Shown: positions 46,559 to 59,594 of the stretch, piece after piece
How the letters are laid out: each line of letters opens with the position of its first letter
How positions within the stretch are numbered: position 1 is the first letter of the stretch
From: Scyliorhinus canicula
Taxonomy: Eukaryota
Length of the DNA stretch: 64,000 nt
NCBI RefSeq assembly: GCF_902713615.1
Contig: NW_024055461.1
Coordinates: forward strand, 2,672,345-2,736,344
Direction: 5' to 3'
Program-made: the position numbers and the translations under genes
Notes under the pieces: model-generated
The model's input: only the letters and a program-made list of their open reading frames with translations
What the model was told of the DNA's origin: nothing
The model's database searches: none

Positions 46559-49500
46559 TTTTTAAAATATAATTTTTATTGGAATTTTTTACAGAAAATA
46601 TAAAACATAACGACAAACAATGAAATGCAACAAAATAACCCATAATAACTGTAACACCCCCAGACCGTATCGATGCATGTATCACATCCCCCCACCCCCC
46701 AACCCTAATGAACAACAAAAGAACTTAAAAATAAATTAAAATTAAATAAATAAACAAACAAACATAGTCATTGTCTGCCCCCCCCTTCCCTCCCCCTTCC
46801 CCTTCCCTCCCCCTTCCCCTTTCCCCCTTCCCCCTTTCCCCCCCCCCGGGTTGCTGCTGCTACTGTCCCTGTACTCTATCGTTGAGCCAGAAAGTCGAGA
46901 AAAGGTTGCCACCGCCTAAAGAACCCTTGTACCGATCCTCTCAGGCGAATTTGACCTTCTCTAGCTTAATGAAACCGCCTGTCATTGATCCAGGTCTCCA
47001 CGCTTGGGAGCCTCGCATCCTTCCATTGTAGCAAGATCCTTCGCCGGGCTACTAGGGACGCAAAGGCCAGCACACCGGCCTCTTTCGCCTCCTGCACTCC
47101 CGGCTCCACCCCAACCCCAAAAATCGCGAGTCCCCATCCTGGCTTGACCCTGGATCCCACCACCCTCGACACCGTCCTCGCCACCCCCTTCCAGAACTCC
47201 TCCAGTGCCGGGCATGCCCAGAACATATGGGCATGGTTCGCTGGACTCCCCGAGCACCTGACACACCTATCTTCACCCCCAAAGAACCTACTCATCCTCG
47301 TCCCAGTCATGTGGGCCCGGTGCAGCACCTTGAATTGGATGAGGCTAAGCCGTGCACACGAGGAGGAAATTAACCCTCTCCAGGGCATCAGCCCATGTCC
47401 CGTCTTCGATCTGTTCCCCCTTTTCCCCCTCCCACTTAGCTTTCAGCTCCTCTACCGACGCCTCCTCCGCCTCCTGCATAACCTTGTAGATATCAGATAT
47501 CTTCCCCTCTCCGACCCAGACCCCCGAAAGCACCCTGTCGCTCACCCCCCTCGTGGGAAGCGAAGGGAATCCCTCCACCTGCCGCCTAGCAAATGCCTTT
47601 ACCTGCAGATACCTGAACATGTTCCCCGGGGGAGCCCAAATTTCCTCCAACTCCCCCAGGCTCGCAAACCTCCCATCAATAAACAGGTCCCTCAGCTTTC
47701 TGATGCCCACTCTATGCCAACCCTGAAATCCCCCATCAATGTTCCCCGGGACGAACCTATGGTTCCCCCTTAACGGAGCCTCCATCGAGCCCCCCACTTC
47801 TCCCTATGTCGCCTCCACTGCCCCAAATCTTGAGGGTAGCCGCCACCACTGGACTCGTGGTATACCTCGTAGGAGGGAGCGGCCATGGCGCCGTTACCAG
47901 GCCCCCAGGCTTGTATCTCCACAGGACGCCCTTTCCATCCGTTTCCATGCTGCCCCCTCCCCCTCCATTACCCACTTGTGCACCATCGACACATTGGCCG
48001 CCCAATAATACCCCGAGAGATTGGGTAACGCCAGCCCCCCATCTCTTCCCCGCTCCAAGAAGACCCTCTTCACCCTTGGGGGCCCATGCGCCCAAACAAA
48101 GCTCATAGCTGCTAGTCACCCTTCTTAAAAAGGCCCTAGGGATAAAGATGGGCAAACACTGAAACAGGAACAAGAACCTTGGGAGAACCGTCATTTTGAC
48201 AGACTGCACTCTACCCAGCAACGATAGCGGCACCATGTCCCACCTTTTAAATTCCTCCTCCATCTGCTCCACCAGCCTGGTAAAATTAAGCTTATGGAGA
48301 GTCCCCCAACTCCTGGCCACCTGCACCCCCAGGTATCTGAAACTCTTCACTGCCCTCTTAAATGGGAGTCTCCCAATTCCCTCCTCCTGATCACCCGGGT
48401 GTACTACAAATATCTCACTCTTGCCTAAATTTAACTTATAGCCCGAGAAGCCCCCAAATTCCGCTAACAGCTCCATCACCCCCGGCATTCCCCCTTCTGG
48501 ATCCGCCACATACAACAGCAGGTCGTCTGCATACAGCGATACATGATGTTCCTCCCCACCCCGCACCAGACCCTCCATCTGCCTGACTCCCTCAACGCCA
48601 TAGCCAAAGGTTCAATCGCCAATGCAAAGAGCAAGGGGGACAGGGGGCACCCCTGCCTGGTCCCACGGTAGAGCCTAAAGTACTCCGATCTCCTTCCATT
48701 GGTAACTACATTTGCCATCTGAGCCGCGTAGAGCAGCCTCACCCATTTGATGAATCCCTCCCTGAATCCGAACCGCTCCAGCACCTCCCACAGGTACCCC
48801 CACTCAACTCTATCACTCTGCTTGCTCTGCGTCCAGCGCCACCACTATCTCCGCCTCCCCCTCCACTGCCAGCAGCATAATAACATTTAGCAGTCTCCGC
48901 ACATTCGTGTTGAGCTGCCGTCCCTTGACAAATCCTGTCTGATCCTCGTGTATCACCCCTGGCACACAGTCCTCTATCCTGGTGGCCAGGATCTTCGCCA
49001 GCAACTTAGCGTCAACATTGAAGAGCGAGATAGGCCTGTATGATCCACACTGCAAGGGGTCCTTATCCCACTTCAGGATCAGAGAGATCAGTGCCCGCGA
49101 CATCGTCGGGGCAAAGCCCCCCCCCCCCTCCCATGCCTCATTGAAGGCTCGCACCAACAAGGGACCCCCAGATCCGCATACTTTTATAAAATTCCCCCGG
49201 GAACCCGTCTGGCCCCGGCGCCTTACCTGACTGCATTTGTCAAGTCCCCTGACTAGCTCCTCCAACTCTATCGGCGCCCCCAGCCCCTCTACCAGCTCCT
49301 CTTGAACCCGGGAAACATAGCCTGTTCATGAAGCTCTCCATCCCCCCTCTCCCCATCGGAGGTTCTGACCAGTACAGTTCCTCGTAGAAGTCCCTAAAGA
49401 CCACATTTACTTCTGTCCCCTTCTGCACTACATTCCCACCCCTATCCGTCACTCCACCAATTTCCCGAGCCGCATCTCGCCTGCGGAGCTGATGCGCCAA

Positions 49501-52498
49501 CATCCTGCTCGCCTTCTCCCCATACTCATATACCGCACCGCGACCTCCTCCACTGTCTCCGCCTTTCTGGTGGTCAACAAGTCAAATTTGGCCTGCAAAC
49601 TGCGCCGTTCCACCAGCAACCCCTCCTCCGGTGCCTCCACGTATCTCCTGTCCACATCCAGGAGCTCCCCACCAGTCTCTCCCTCTCCTTCCTCTCCCGC
49701 CTTTCCCTATGGGCCCATGGAGATCAGCTCCCCCCGGATCACTACTTTCAGAGCCTCCCAGACCATCCCCACCCGGACCTCCCCCGTGTCGTTGGTATCC
49801 AGATACCCCTCAATACTTCCCCGGGCCCCTACACACCTCCTCATCATCCAGCATCCCCACATCCAGGCGCCAGAGCGGACGCTGGTCCCGCGCCTCCCCC
49901 ATCTCCAGATCATCCCAGCGCGGAGCATGGTCTGAAATTGCTATGGCTGAATACTCGGCATCCTGCACCTTCGGGATCAATCCCTGCTCAGGACGAAAAA
50001 ATCTATTCGAGAATAGACCCTATGGACATGAGGAACAAGGAATACTCCCGCGCTCTTGGCCTCCCAAACCTCCAGGGATCCACCCCTCCCATCTGGTTCA
50101 TAAACCCCCTCGGCACTTTGGCCGCCGCCGGTCTCCTACCCGTCCTTGAACTGGACCGGTCCAGTGGGGGATCCAGCACTGTGTTAAAGTCTCCCCCCAT
50201 GATCAGGCCCCCCGCCTCCAGGTCCGGAATGCGGCCCAACAAGCACCTCATGAAGCCGGCATCATCCCAATTCAGGGCATATACATTTACCAGCACCACC
50301 TTCTCTCCCTGCAGCCTACCCTTCACCATAATATATCTGCCCTCCTTGTCCGACACCACCTCGGCCGCCTCGAACGCCACCCTCTTCCCCACCAGAATCG
50401 CCACCCCCCCGGTTCTTCGCGTCCAATCCTGAGTGAAAAACCTGCCCCACTCACCCCTTCCTCAGACGAACCTGGTCCGCCACCTTCAAGTGGGTCTCCT
50501 GGAGCATAGCCACGTCCGCCTTCAGCCCCTTCAGATGAGAAAACACCCTCGTTCTCTTAACCGGCCCGTTCAGCCCCCTCACACTCCAGGTAATCAGCCG
50601 GATCAGAGGGCAACTGCCCCTCTCCCCCGCCAGCTAGCCATAGCTTATCGACTGCTCGCCCCAGGCCAGCTCGCCCCCTGACCCGTTCCCCATGGCGATA
50701 ACGCCTCTCCTCTACCCCCCCGCCCCACACCAGCTCCTTCCTGGCCATTCCAGCAGCAACCCGGCATCCCCCCCCCCCCCCCCCCCCCCCCCACCCCCCG
50801 GCTAGGACCCCTCCTAGCCGCGACGCACCCTCCATGGTACTTCCGTGAGTCAGCTGACTTCTGCTGACCCGGCAGCTCCCGCCAATACCATCTCCTCCCG
50901 GCATGGGGTCATCCCCCTCTTGCCACACCTCCTTGGCACCGCTTCAGCGGGGAAAGAAAACCAGTGAAGGCCACGCCCCCACCTCCAGCTCCGCCCCCAC
51001 GCCCCGCAGCGCGGACATCCAGAGGAAAGCCCGCGCTTTCACACTGCCACACCCCACCCTTCTGACGCAGCTCCTCAAAATCCAGTTTCACCCCAACCCC
51101 CAGCCCCGTACAGAAGAGAACATATAAAGCACATACCCCCAACGTTCCCCACATACCCCACACCCATACCCAACAGACAAACCCACCCGGAAACAAAGCA
51201 AAAAGAAAGCCAGCATAAAAATAACACCTGTCAAAATTGAAGATCAGCAACAGCGAAAACAGCAACGGCCATAGTGTGTCCCAGACCCTAGTTCTCCCTG
51301 CAGCCTACCCTTCTCCGCCTGTACAAAGGCCCACGCCTCCTCCGGGACTCGAAGTAGTGGTGCCGGTCCTTATATGTCACCCACAGACCGCAGGCTGCAG
51401 CATTCCAAATCTGACCTGCTTGGCATGAAGCACCGCCTTTGTCCGGTTGAACCCGGCCCGCCGCTTTGCCACCTCCGCACTCCAGTCCTGGTAGATTCGC
51501 ACCACCGAATTCTCCCACTTGCTGCTCCTCACTTTCTTGGCCCAGCGCAGCACACACTCCCGGTCACTAAATCGATGGAACCGCACCAGCACCGCCCGCA
51601 GGGGTTCATTTGCCTTAGGCCTCCTGGCCAGCACTCTGTGAGCTCCCTCAAGCTCCAGGGGCAAATGGAAGGACCCCACTCCCATCAACGAGCTCAACAT
51701 CGTGGTCACGTACGACGGGAGATCCGACCCCTCCAGCCCCGCCCCAGGCCCAGGATCCTCAAATTCTTTCGCCTCGTGCGAAGGTCCAGCTCCTCCAAGC
51801 GGTCTTGCCACTTTTTGTGAAGTGCCTCGTGCAACTCCACTTTCCCCACGAGGACCATGGCCTCCTCCTCCCTCTCAGCGGCCTGCTGCTGCAACTCCCA
51901 AATAGACGCCTCCTGTGCCGCCTGGGTCCCAAGCAGCTTGTTTGTAGTTGCATTCAGGGAGTCCAGCAACTCAGCCTTCAGCTCCGCAAACAGCGCAGAA
52001 GAGAGGCCTGCTGCTCCTGCACCCACTTCCACCAGTCCTCGGGTGTTCCACCGGCCGCTATTTTGTCTTTCTTCCCCTGCTTTTGGGGCTGCTGCAGCTT
52101 TTTCCTTTGCCCCACTCCAGGTGAGCACCATAAATTATGGGGAATGCTCCTCTAGACACCTTCCCCACTGGATTCGTCGGGACAGCATCGACTGCTGCTA
52201 GAATTCAGCTTTCATAAAGGCCCTCAAGTCAGCTTGAGAAGTCTGAGCTGGCCCTTCCCCCGCCTGCCTGCTTGTCGAGGCTTTTTTCTACTGCTGCTTC
52301 AGCCCAATCTTGGCCTTTTTCTGAGGGTCTGATAAACAAGAAACATACTATTCCTGGGGGAAAGTACTCCATGAACATTCACCTATGCCTTTTCATCGAA
52401 ATTCCAACCCATGCCACCCAAAAAAGAGCTCTTTTCTGTAACCTTGGACAGGAGCTGCCTCTGTGTGCTCACTCACTCCATGCTGCACACCGGAAGTC
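46557..52498 (-). mobile_element. full-length L1-clade LINE (5.9 kb) with TSD; many frameshifts in this assembly
   Basis: 5' end GACTTCCGGTGTGCAGCATGG; ORF1 about 52131-51290; ORF2 about 50641-46876 (EN, RT LYADD, CCHC); poly(A) at 46557; TSD catttgaagcctac(tt) at 46543-46558 and 52499-52514. Confidence 0.95.
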
Positions 52499-52747
52499 CA
52501 TTTGAAGCCTACTTGTGCCAAGAGAGATTTTCATTCATTTTCATTTTTCATTACACTTGTTCTTCCACTAGGAGAGGAGACAAGGTAACTGATTAACCAT
52601 TATACTCATTCTTCCGCTATAGGGAGGAGAAAGGGCAATTGATAATCCTTTTACTCATTCTTGAACCAGTGGGAGTTGTAGGAATAATTGATCATCCAAT
52701 AAGTCATTCTTCCATCAGAGAGAAAAAGGGTGATTGTTAATTCATTG

Positions 52748-52847
52748 NNNNNNNNNNNNNNNNNNNNNNNNNNNNNNNNNNNNNNNNNNNNNNNNNNNNN
52801 NNNNNNNNNNNNNNNNNNNNNNNNNNNNNNNNNNNNNNNNNNNNNNN
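52748..52847. other. assembly gap (100 N)
   Basis: N run. Confidence 1.
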
Positions 52848-54079
52848 GCCTCCTGGGCTGTCTGGGTCTCCATCAATTCCCTGTTGGTTACCTTCAGGGA
52901 CTCCAGCAGCTCCAACTTCAGCTCCTGGAAGCAGCGCAGCAGAATCGCCTGCTGCTCCTGGGCCCACTGCCTCAGCTCCTCGAGGCCTTCGCCAGCCGCC
53001 ATTTTTTCTTCCTGCCCCCGTTTTTTCAGAAACACTTTCCTCGGGTTTCTTCCTGCCGTGCTCCTGGTCCGGACCATGGGACCGTCGGGGTCAACTCCTG
53101 CCTTCTTCCCCCGTTGGGGTTCGCCGCTGCAGCTCCGTTGGGGTGAAAAGAGCCCCAAAGTCCGTTCTCCGCGGGAGCCGCTGAACGTGCGGCTTAGCTG
53201 ATCATCGCCGCCACCAGAAGTCCCTCCCCCCTTCCCTTCTGAGCAACAGGGACAGACTCTGTGCCAGACACCTCCGTACCCCATGGCTTACCCCTGGTAT
53301 TGATCAGGATCGCGACCCCTCTAGTCTTTGAAACTAGCCCTGCATGAATCACCTGACTGACCCAGCTTTTCCTCAGTCTAACCTGGTCTGTTACCTTAAG
53401 GTGGGTCTCCTGCAACATCACCACGTCCCCCCCTGCAGTATCCAAAGCGGTATACTTGTTACTAAGGGAACGACCACAGGGGATCCTTTGTACTGACTGC
53501 TTCCTCCCAGTCCCTCTCACCGCCACCCACCTATCTTTATTCCTCGGAGTAACTACATCACTGAAACTTCTATCTATGACCACTTCTGCTACAGAATGAT
53601 CAGCAGTTCATCCAGCTCCAGTTTCCTAATGTGGTTTCTGAGGAGCTTGCAGATGGGTGCACTTCCCAAAGGTGAAATCAGCAGGGACACTGACAGCGTC
53701 CCTCACCTCAAACATTCTGCAGGAGGAACATTGTACTGCCTTCCCAGCCATACCCTCTAGATAAAACAAGAAAAAGAAGGAAGACCTTACCTGTTATTCA
53801 GTCAACCCTATAGGTTAGAGGATGTGGAAGGGTGGGGGACACTACAAGTGTAGTGTCTCTGGTTAGCAACCGCCCAACTGATATACAGGTACCCAACAAA
53901 ATTCTCCCGCAAATCCCCACCGCCGACTTCCTGCAGCTCTAAAGGTAAGGTTTTTTGAAGAGGGAAAACTTACCTTCCCGACAGACCCCTGCACACTGCT
54001 CCCGCCGAAAATCTGGGAGGGGAAGAGGAGAAAAGGCCGGAAGGACACCAAAGGGAACAACGGGGAGGGTGGGCAAACT

Positions 54080-54111
<32 letters not shown>

Positions 54112-57100
54112 TCTCCCAGGCAATCATAGGAAAACACAGCGACGTGACGAGGAAGTAAAGAGAATGGGAGGACGGGGAGAGAAAGGGGGGGGGAACACGG
54201 GGGGGTGCGGGAGGTGGAGAGGAGGGCAGGGAGGGCGGGATGCGGGCACCACAAGCCGAGCCAGAGGCGGCGGCAGAATGTAAATAGGTAAATTAAGGGA
54301 AGGATAAGACAAACCTCAACATTTATAACACTAATCTTCGTCGGGGAGGTTTGACTTTTCAAGTCATCGTTTGGCCCGAGGCTGAGGATTTAATCATTGG
54401 TGACTACAAGCTGCCGGATCAGCTACGTGTCTGGTAAATGGAGAGACCTGTTATGAATGAGAAGGAACCGATCATTTTTGGTTTCACTGATAGGTGCCAC
54501 TAATGTCCCTCAGATATCATAGATCTCCGCAGTCCGCCAGGATTGTCCTTCCTTTAGTTATTACAGCTCTTTGGGCAGGTGGAGGCAGTCACACGCGCCT
54601 CCGAGATCTTTCTCCATGTCTGCTTTTCTATCTCTCATTGACTGTTTTGGGGCCTATCGTACACTGCCATCATGCGATTGACCCCATTATAATGTTTAGG
54701 TTGAGGAGCGTGCTGAGATATCATCCTTCCTCACTGCAGTGATTGATTCCTTGGTTAATGTTGCGTCACCGCCTGCTCTTTTACGCCGTCCCCCCATCTC
54801 ACATGAAAATTCTATACCTCGGAATATTGAGCTGACTGTCCTTCCCCTCCCCCAACCATATCTATGTATCAGCAATAATATCCTACTTCCATGTGTTAAT
54901 GAACGCCGACAGTTCACCAGGCTCACGGTAGCATGGTGGTTAGCATCAATGCTTCACAGCTCCAGGGTCCCAGTTCGATTCCTGGCTGGGTCACTGTTTG
55001 TGTGGAGTCTGCACGTCCTCCCCGTGTGTGCGTGGGTTTCCCTCCGGGTGCTCCGGTTTCCTCCCACAGTCCAAAGATGTGTGGGTTAGGTGGATTGGCC
55101 ATGCTAAATTGCCCGTAGTGTTAAGGTTAATGGGGGGATTGTTGGGTTACGGGTATACGGGTTATGTGGGTTTAAGTAGGGTGATCATTGCTCGGCAACA
55201 ACATCGAGGGCCGAAGGGCCTGTTCTGTAATGTTCTATTATTCGTAAGATCCCGTACATTAAAACATATGCCATCCAGCTTTACCATATTCCTTGAGCCT
55301 CAATATATCTTTGCACTGGGTTCCAGACTGACTTGGTTTTGCTTCTATATTTGGTTTTGCCTCACTCCCTACTGTACCTTCACTCTGTATCCCAGCACCC
55401 AAACGACCACCTATCTATTCAAATTCAATTTCCCTGCACTTGGCCCATAGCCGTTTAAGCCTTGGCATCGCAAGTGTAATCTAACTATTTATTAAATGTT
55501 ATGAATTTATCTGCGTCCACCACGCAAACCTCCCACAGGCTTGGATTGAAACGCTTTCCCTCAAATCCCATCTTGGAGTCACTTTTGCGGTCGCAGACAC
55601 GCATGTCTGCACGCTTCACTATCGGCCTCAGACCACCGTTGCTCTTTCACTCTCTTCCTCCGCCCTTGTGCAGCTGTGTCACCCACAGTGCCGTGAACAT
55701 GTTCCGGCTGCAACTTCCCAGAGAAACAACCACTCTCACCATCTTTCAGCACAACAAAACGGCTCTTGAGTAAGATGCACTCGGGGACATTTCCTCACGA
55801 CTGTCTGCCCCCTTCTTTGGACTGGTAATCTCCCGTTCACTCTCTGACTGCACTTCGAAATGAAATGAAATGAAAATGCTTATTGTCATGAGTAGGCTTC
55901 AAATGAAGTTACTGTGAAAAGCCCCTAGTCGCCACATTCCGGCGCCTGTTCGGGGAGGCTGTTACGGGAATCGAACCGTGCTGCTGGCTTGCTTTGGTCT
56001 GCTTTCAAAGCCAGCGATTTAGCTGTGTGCTAAACAGCCCCATACTTCTGTCATACAAAACACTTCTGTCCCCATACAAAACACTTCTGTCAGCTGCGGG
56101 GAAACCATGTCTAAAAACGTGCTATCAGAACCTTTTCAGCCTCGCTGCGCCGCCAGCCGATTCCCAAGCTCCGAAACCCGGCTTTCAGGTGGTCAAACCT
56201 GTGTCGCATCTTGCAAATGTGTTCATCCAGACGGCAAAGAGTGTCTCGGAATTCCTGCATACTGCGCTCCGTGCAACACACTGGGCTGAGCTCCCCAGTC
56301 GTACATTTAGGTTGAAAAGGCTCTTATGTTAAATTTATGCCAATTAGAAAAATATTTAAAAGCTGTAACTCTTACATTTCCTTAATGTAACTTTAAATTG
56401 GAGTAAAACAACTTTCCCAGAGCATACCAATCAACTTCATCTATCGTAAGCTCTACTGCTCCAGCAGGGCAAGACCAGTTTCTTAAATCGTGGATTTAGA
56501 AAGCAAGAAGCAAAGAACACCTGTTGATATTCCCTCCCTCTGACTTTATCTTACTCAGGTAAGGTCTCTCCCAATGTTCCTGCACCCACCAACTCCAACT
56601 TTTTCTCATTAGGTAACTTGCTCATTCCAGGTATCAATCCAGTCATCCTCCTCTGAACCACCTCAGCTACATTTATATCACCACTCAAATAATGAGGCCA
56701 AAATTGGATACAGTATTTTATACGTCGTCTAACCATACATCTGTCCTCTCTCTCTCACACACACACACACATCTTCCTATCTCCCACTCTCTTTTTCTTT
56801 CTCTCTCTCCCTCTCTCCTTCTCTCTCTATCGAATGTTGTAATGGGTTGGAGCGATGGTCCAGTGTGTTCTATTTGCAAACAGGCTCACTGATTTGTCAA
56901 ATCTATTTCTTGTCCTGAGGTGGAAGAAGTTTCATGGCTCCGTGACTGAAAACATAAGTTTCACTGCTATACTTTTTCTGTTATATTTGTTTACAAATAG
57001 ACCTCGCAATGTTAATATTTCGACGTTGACTTGCGGGCACATGATAAGTACTGAGGAAACAGATCTTTGATTTACTGCACAAAACACACCCAGATGCTTC

Positions 57101-58652
57101 CTGTAAATGTCTTCGAGCATTTTATTCTGCCCCAGCCCCGAAAATGCAGTCGACTGTGTTGCTGCCAAACACTGTGTGGGATTGATTCGAGTGAATAAAA
57201 ATGAACAAAATTAGTCTTGACCGTCCAAACTAAAGAACTGTTTCAGTCGAAAAAGACATTTTATCTGGTATTTACTCAAAATAACAATTTTCTTTGGTGC
57301 CATGTTCACAGTACCAGAATGTCTGAAATTGATTAATATTTAATTTGTATTATTTCCAAATAAAAGGCATTCAAGTTATTGAAACGCGTTTATGTGCACC
57401 AGTCAGCTAAAGGGTTTCTTATACTTGAAAGGTATCCTTGTGTTCTGCAGTTTAATTTCTAGTAATCTTCTTTACTTAATAGTCTATCTCCTAATTACCA
57501 CTGAGTGGAGAAATGGCCAGTTTATGACCTGCTTCAGTGGAAGAAAAAACATTAAAACATTTTTTTTTTAGAGCAACCAAGTTTGTTCCAATTGAGGGGC
57601 AATTTAGTGTAGCCAATCCACCTAAGCTGCACATCTTTGGGTTTGGGGGTAAAACCCACACAGACAGGGGGTATAATGGGCAACTCCACACGGGCAGTGA
57701 TCCAGAGGCGGGATCGAACCCGGGTCCTTAGCGCCGTAGTCCCAGTGCTAACTGTGCCACGTGTCGCCCGAAGATGAAACATTATTCTTGCGATATTGTG
57801 TAGTATGCCGCAAAGTCCTGATAGCCTGTGTTCCAACACCATTGAATGTTAGACAATTGGAGGCCAATAAAAATCGATTGCTGAAGATACTTTGCTGATC
57901 GCCGTGTCCATTCTGATTTATTAACCTTTCCTGTTAAAGTTTGATGTAAATTAATGTTCTCTGTCAAATCATTGCCTAATTATCAGGCAAGTGGGCTTCT
58001 TTTACTACTAATTTTCACAGGCTGTATTTGACGCAGGAACAGTTCACAAAATATAAGAGGAAATATGTAGAATGCGAGGAATTCTTATCTCCGGAAGCAA
58101 ATTGCACAGCGATAGCCATCCACACTGTAAATAGAATCACATGATTCATCCCCCGCTTTTAGTTATAAAAATTGATAAGAATTCTCTGGTAGATTATACT
58201 TATTGTTGCCATGGGACAGATACCCAGAGTTGGTGCAAAACAGACTGACAGTCTCCTTGTTCACTGTCAATATAATTTAATCTTTCAAATCCCCATTCTG
58301 AGGCGTGTCGAAATTACTGGGCTGAATTTACAAAGGATGAGATTTATTTTATCATTAACATATGCTTAATTACAGCCAAGGGAGATCTTGCAATGAATCC
58401 ATTCAGCCAAGCAAATGTCCCGAATGAGACAAATGCCCACTTTTAATAATAAATTATAAATCTCTGAGTCCTTCTGTTGGGGTGTGGAAGGTGGGACGTG
58501 GATCCAGCGCCGCCTCCACCAGTGGAATCAACAGGCGGCGCCTGGAAAGCCGCCCCCTTCTGCCGGGTATTTAAATGCCGCTCACTGGGATCCGAATCCA
58601 CAGTCCGGGAGCTGGTTTGTTCACTGAGTTCCTGACACACCATTTCCCCCAA

Positions 58653-59162
58653 ATGACCAGAAGGATGAGGTGGGCCATTCTCTCAGTTTGTTGCTGGACT
58701 TTCTTATCCCGTGAGTAGTTTTATTGTCCAAGTCTCTCACTGTTACTGTCTCAGTGGTAGTCTCTATGGAATGTTCAGAGTCACCAATCATTTCACCAGC
58801 ATTAATCCTCGGGCTTTCTGATATATTTGTACAGGGTTCCAGTCAGATTTGGGTTCACTCAGCCAGAGGCAGAGACTGGTCGTCCCGGAAGGCTCCTCGA
58901 AGTCTGGCTTGTAAAGTCAGTGGGCTCGCCTTGGGTTCACGCTTACTGATATTGGATCCGGCAGATTCCGGGGCAGGAATTGGAGTGTTGGTGTTCTATC
59001 AGAGTTCGTCCAACAAATACTACGCCCCAGAGATTCAGAATAGATTTATTGCATCAAAAGACCTTTTAAGCAGCATCTTCACTTTGGACATGAAGAACCT
59101 GCAGACTGAAGACACCGCAATCTACTACTGTGCTTGGCAGTCGAAAAACCCCGCGACGCGTG
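58653..59162 (+). pseudogene. IGHV: second copy of leader + VD(D) exon, frameshifted in this assembly
   Basis: Identical junction tgtgcttggcagtcgaaaaaccccgcgacgcgtg; 12-RSS at 59163-59190 with nonamer acaaaaccc (one A fewer). Confidence 0.8.
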
Positions 59163-59547
59163 CACAGAGTTTACTGACAATACAAAACCCACACTCTGCC
59201 AATTTCATTGTGACTGGGTAAATGCTCGCTTGTAGAATCTAACTATATTTAGATGGCCGTTGTGTCTCCGGCATTGTCCAAGTAACAAGGTTTCAGATGG
59301 AAATGAGTTGATGACTATTTGTTTATCAATTGACACTTTCAATATCCATGTTTTCCTCACTGAAGAATAAAATATTAGAGTCAATTATGAAGAATGAATG
59401 CTGTCTACAAATATAATTATATCTTTATGAAGATATATTGAGACACTACTTTGGGGCTTCTTCGAAAATATTTAAAGTAATCGATTTCTGTGCATTTTGT
59501 GTAGAGCCGGTTATTGTATGACACCACCCAGGGAATGTACCATTGTG

Positions 59548-59594
59548 CCTCGTTGACTTCTGGGGCCAAGGAACCAGGGTGACGGTAACGGCAG
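59548..59594 (+). CDS. IGHJ: second copy of JH, with 23-RSS at 59509-59547
   Basis: Identical to 31894-31979. Confidence 0.85.

Noticed and set aside
12575-52498. All three L1 pieces are antisense to the ZNF and IgM genes
   Set aside because: Sample too small to claim orientation selection.
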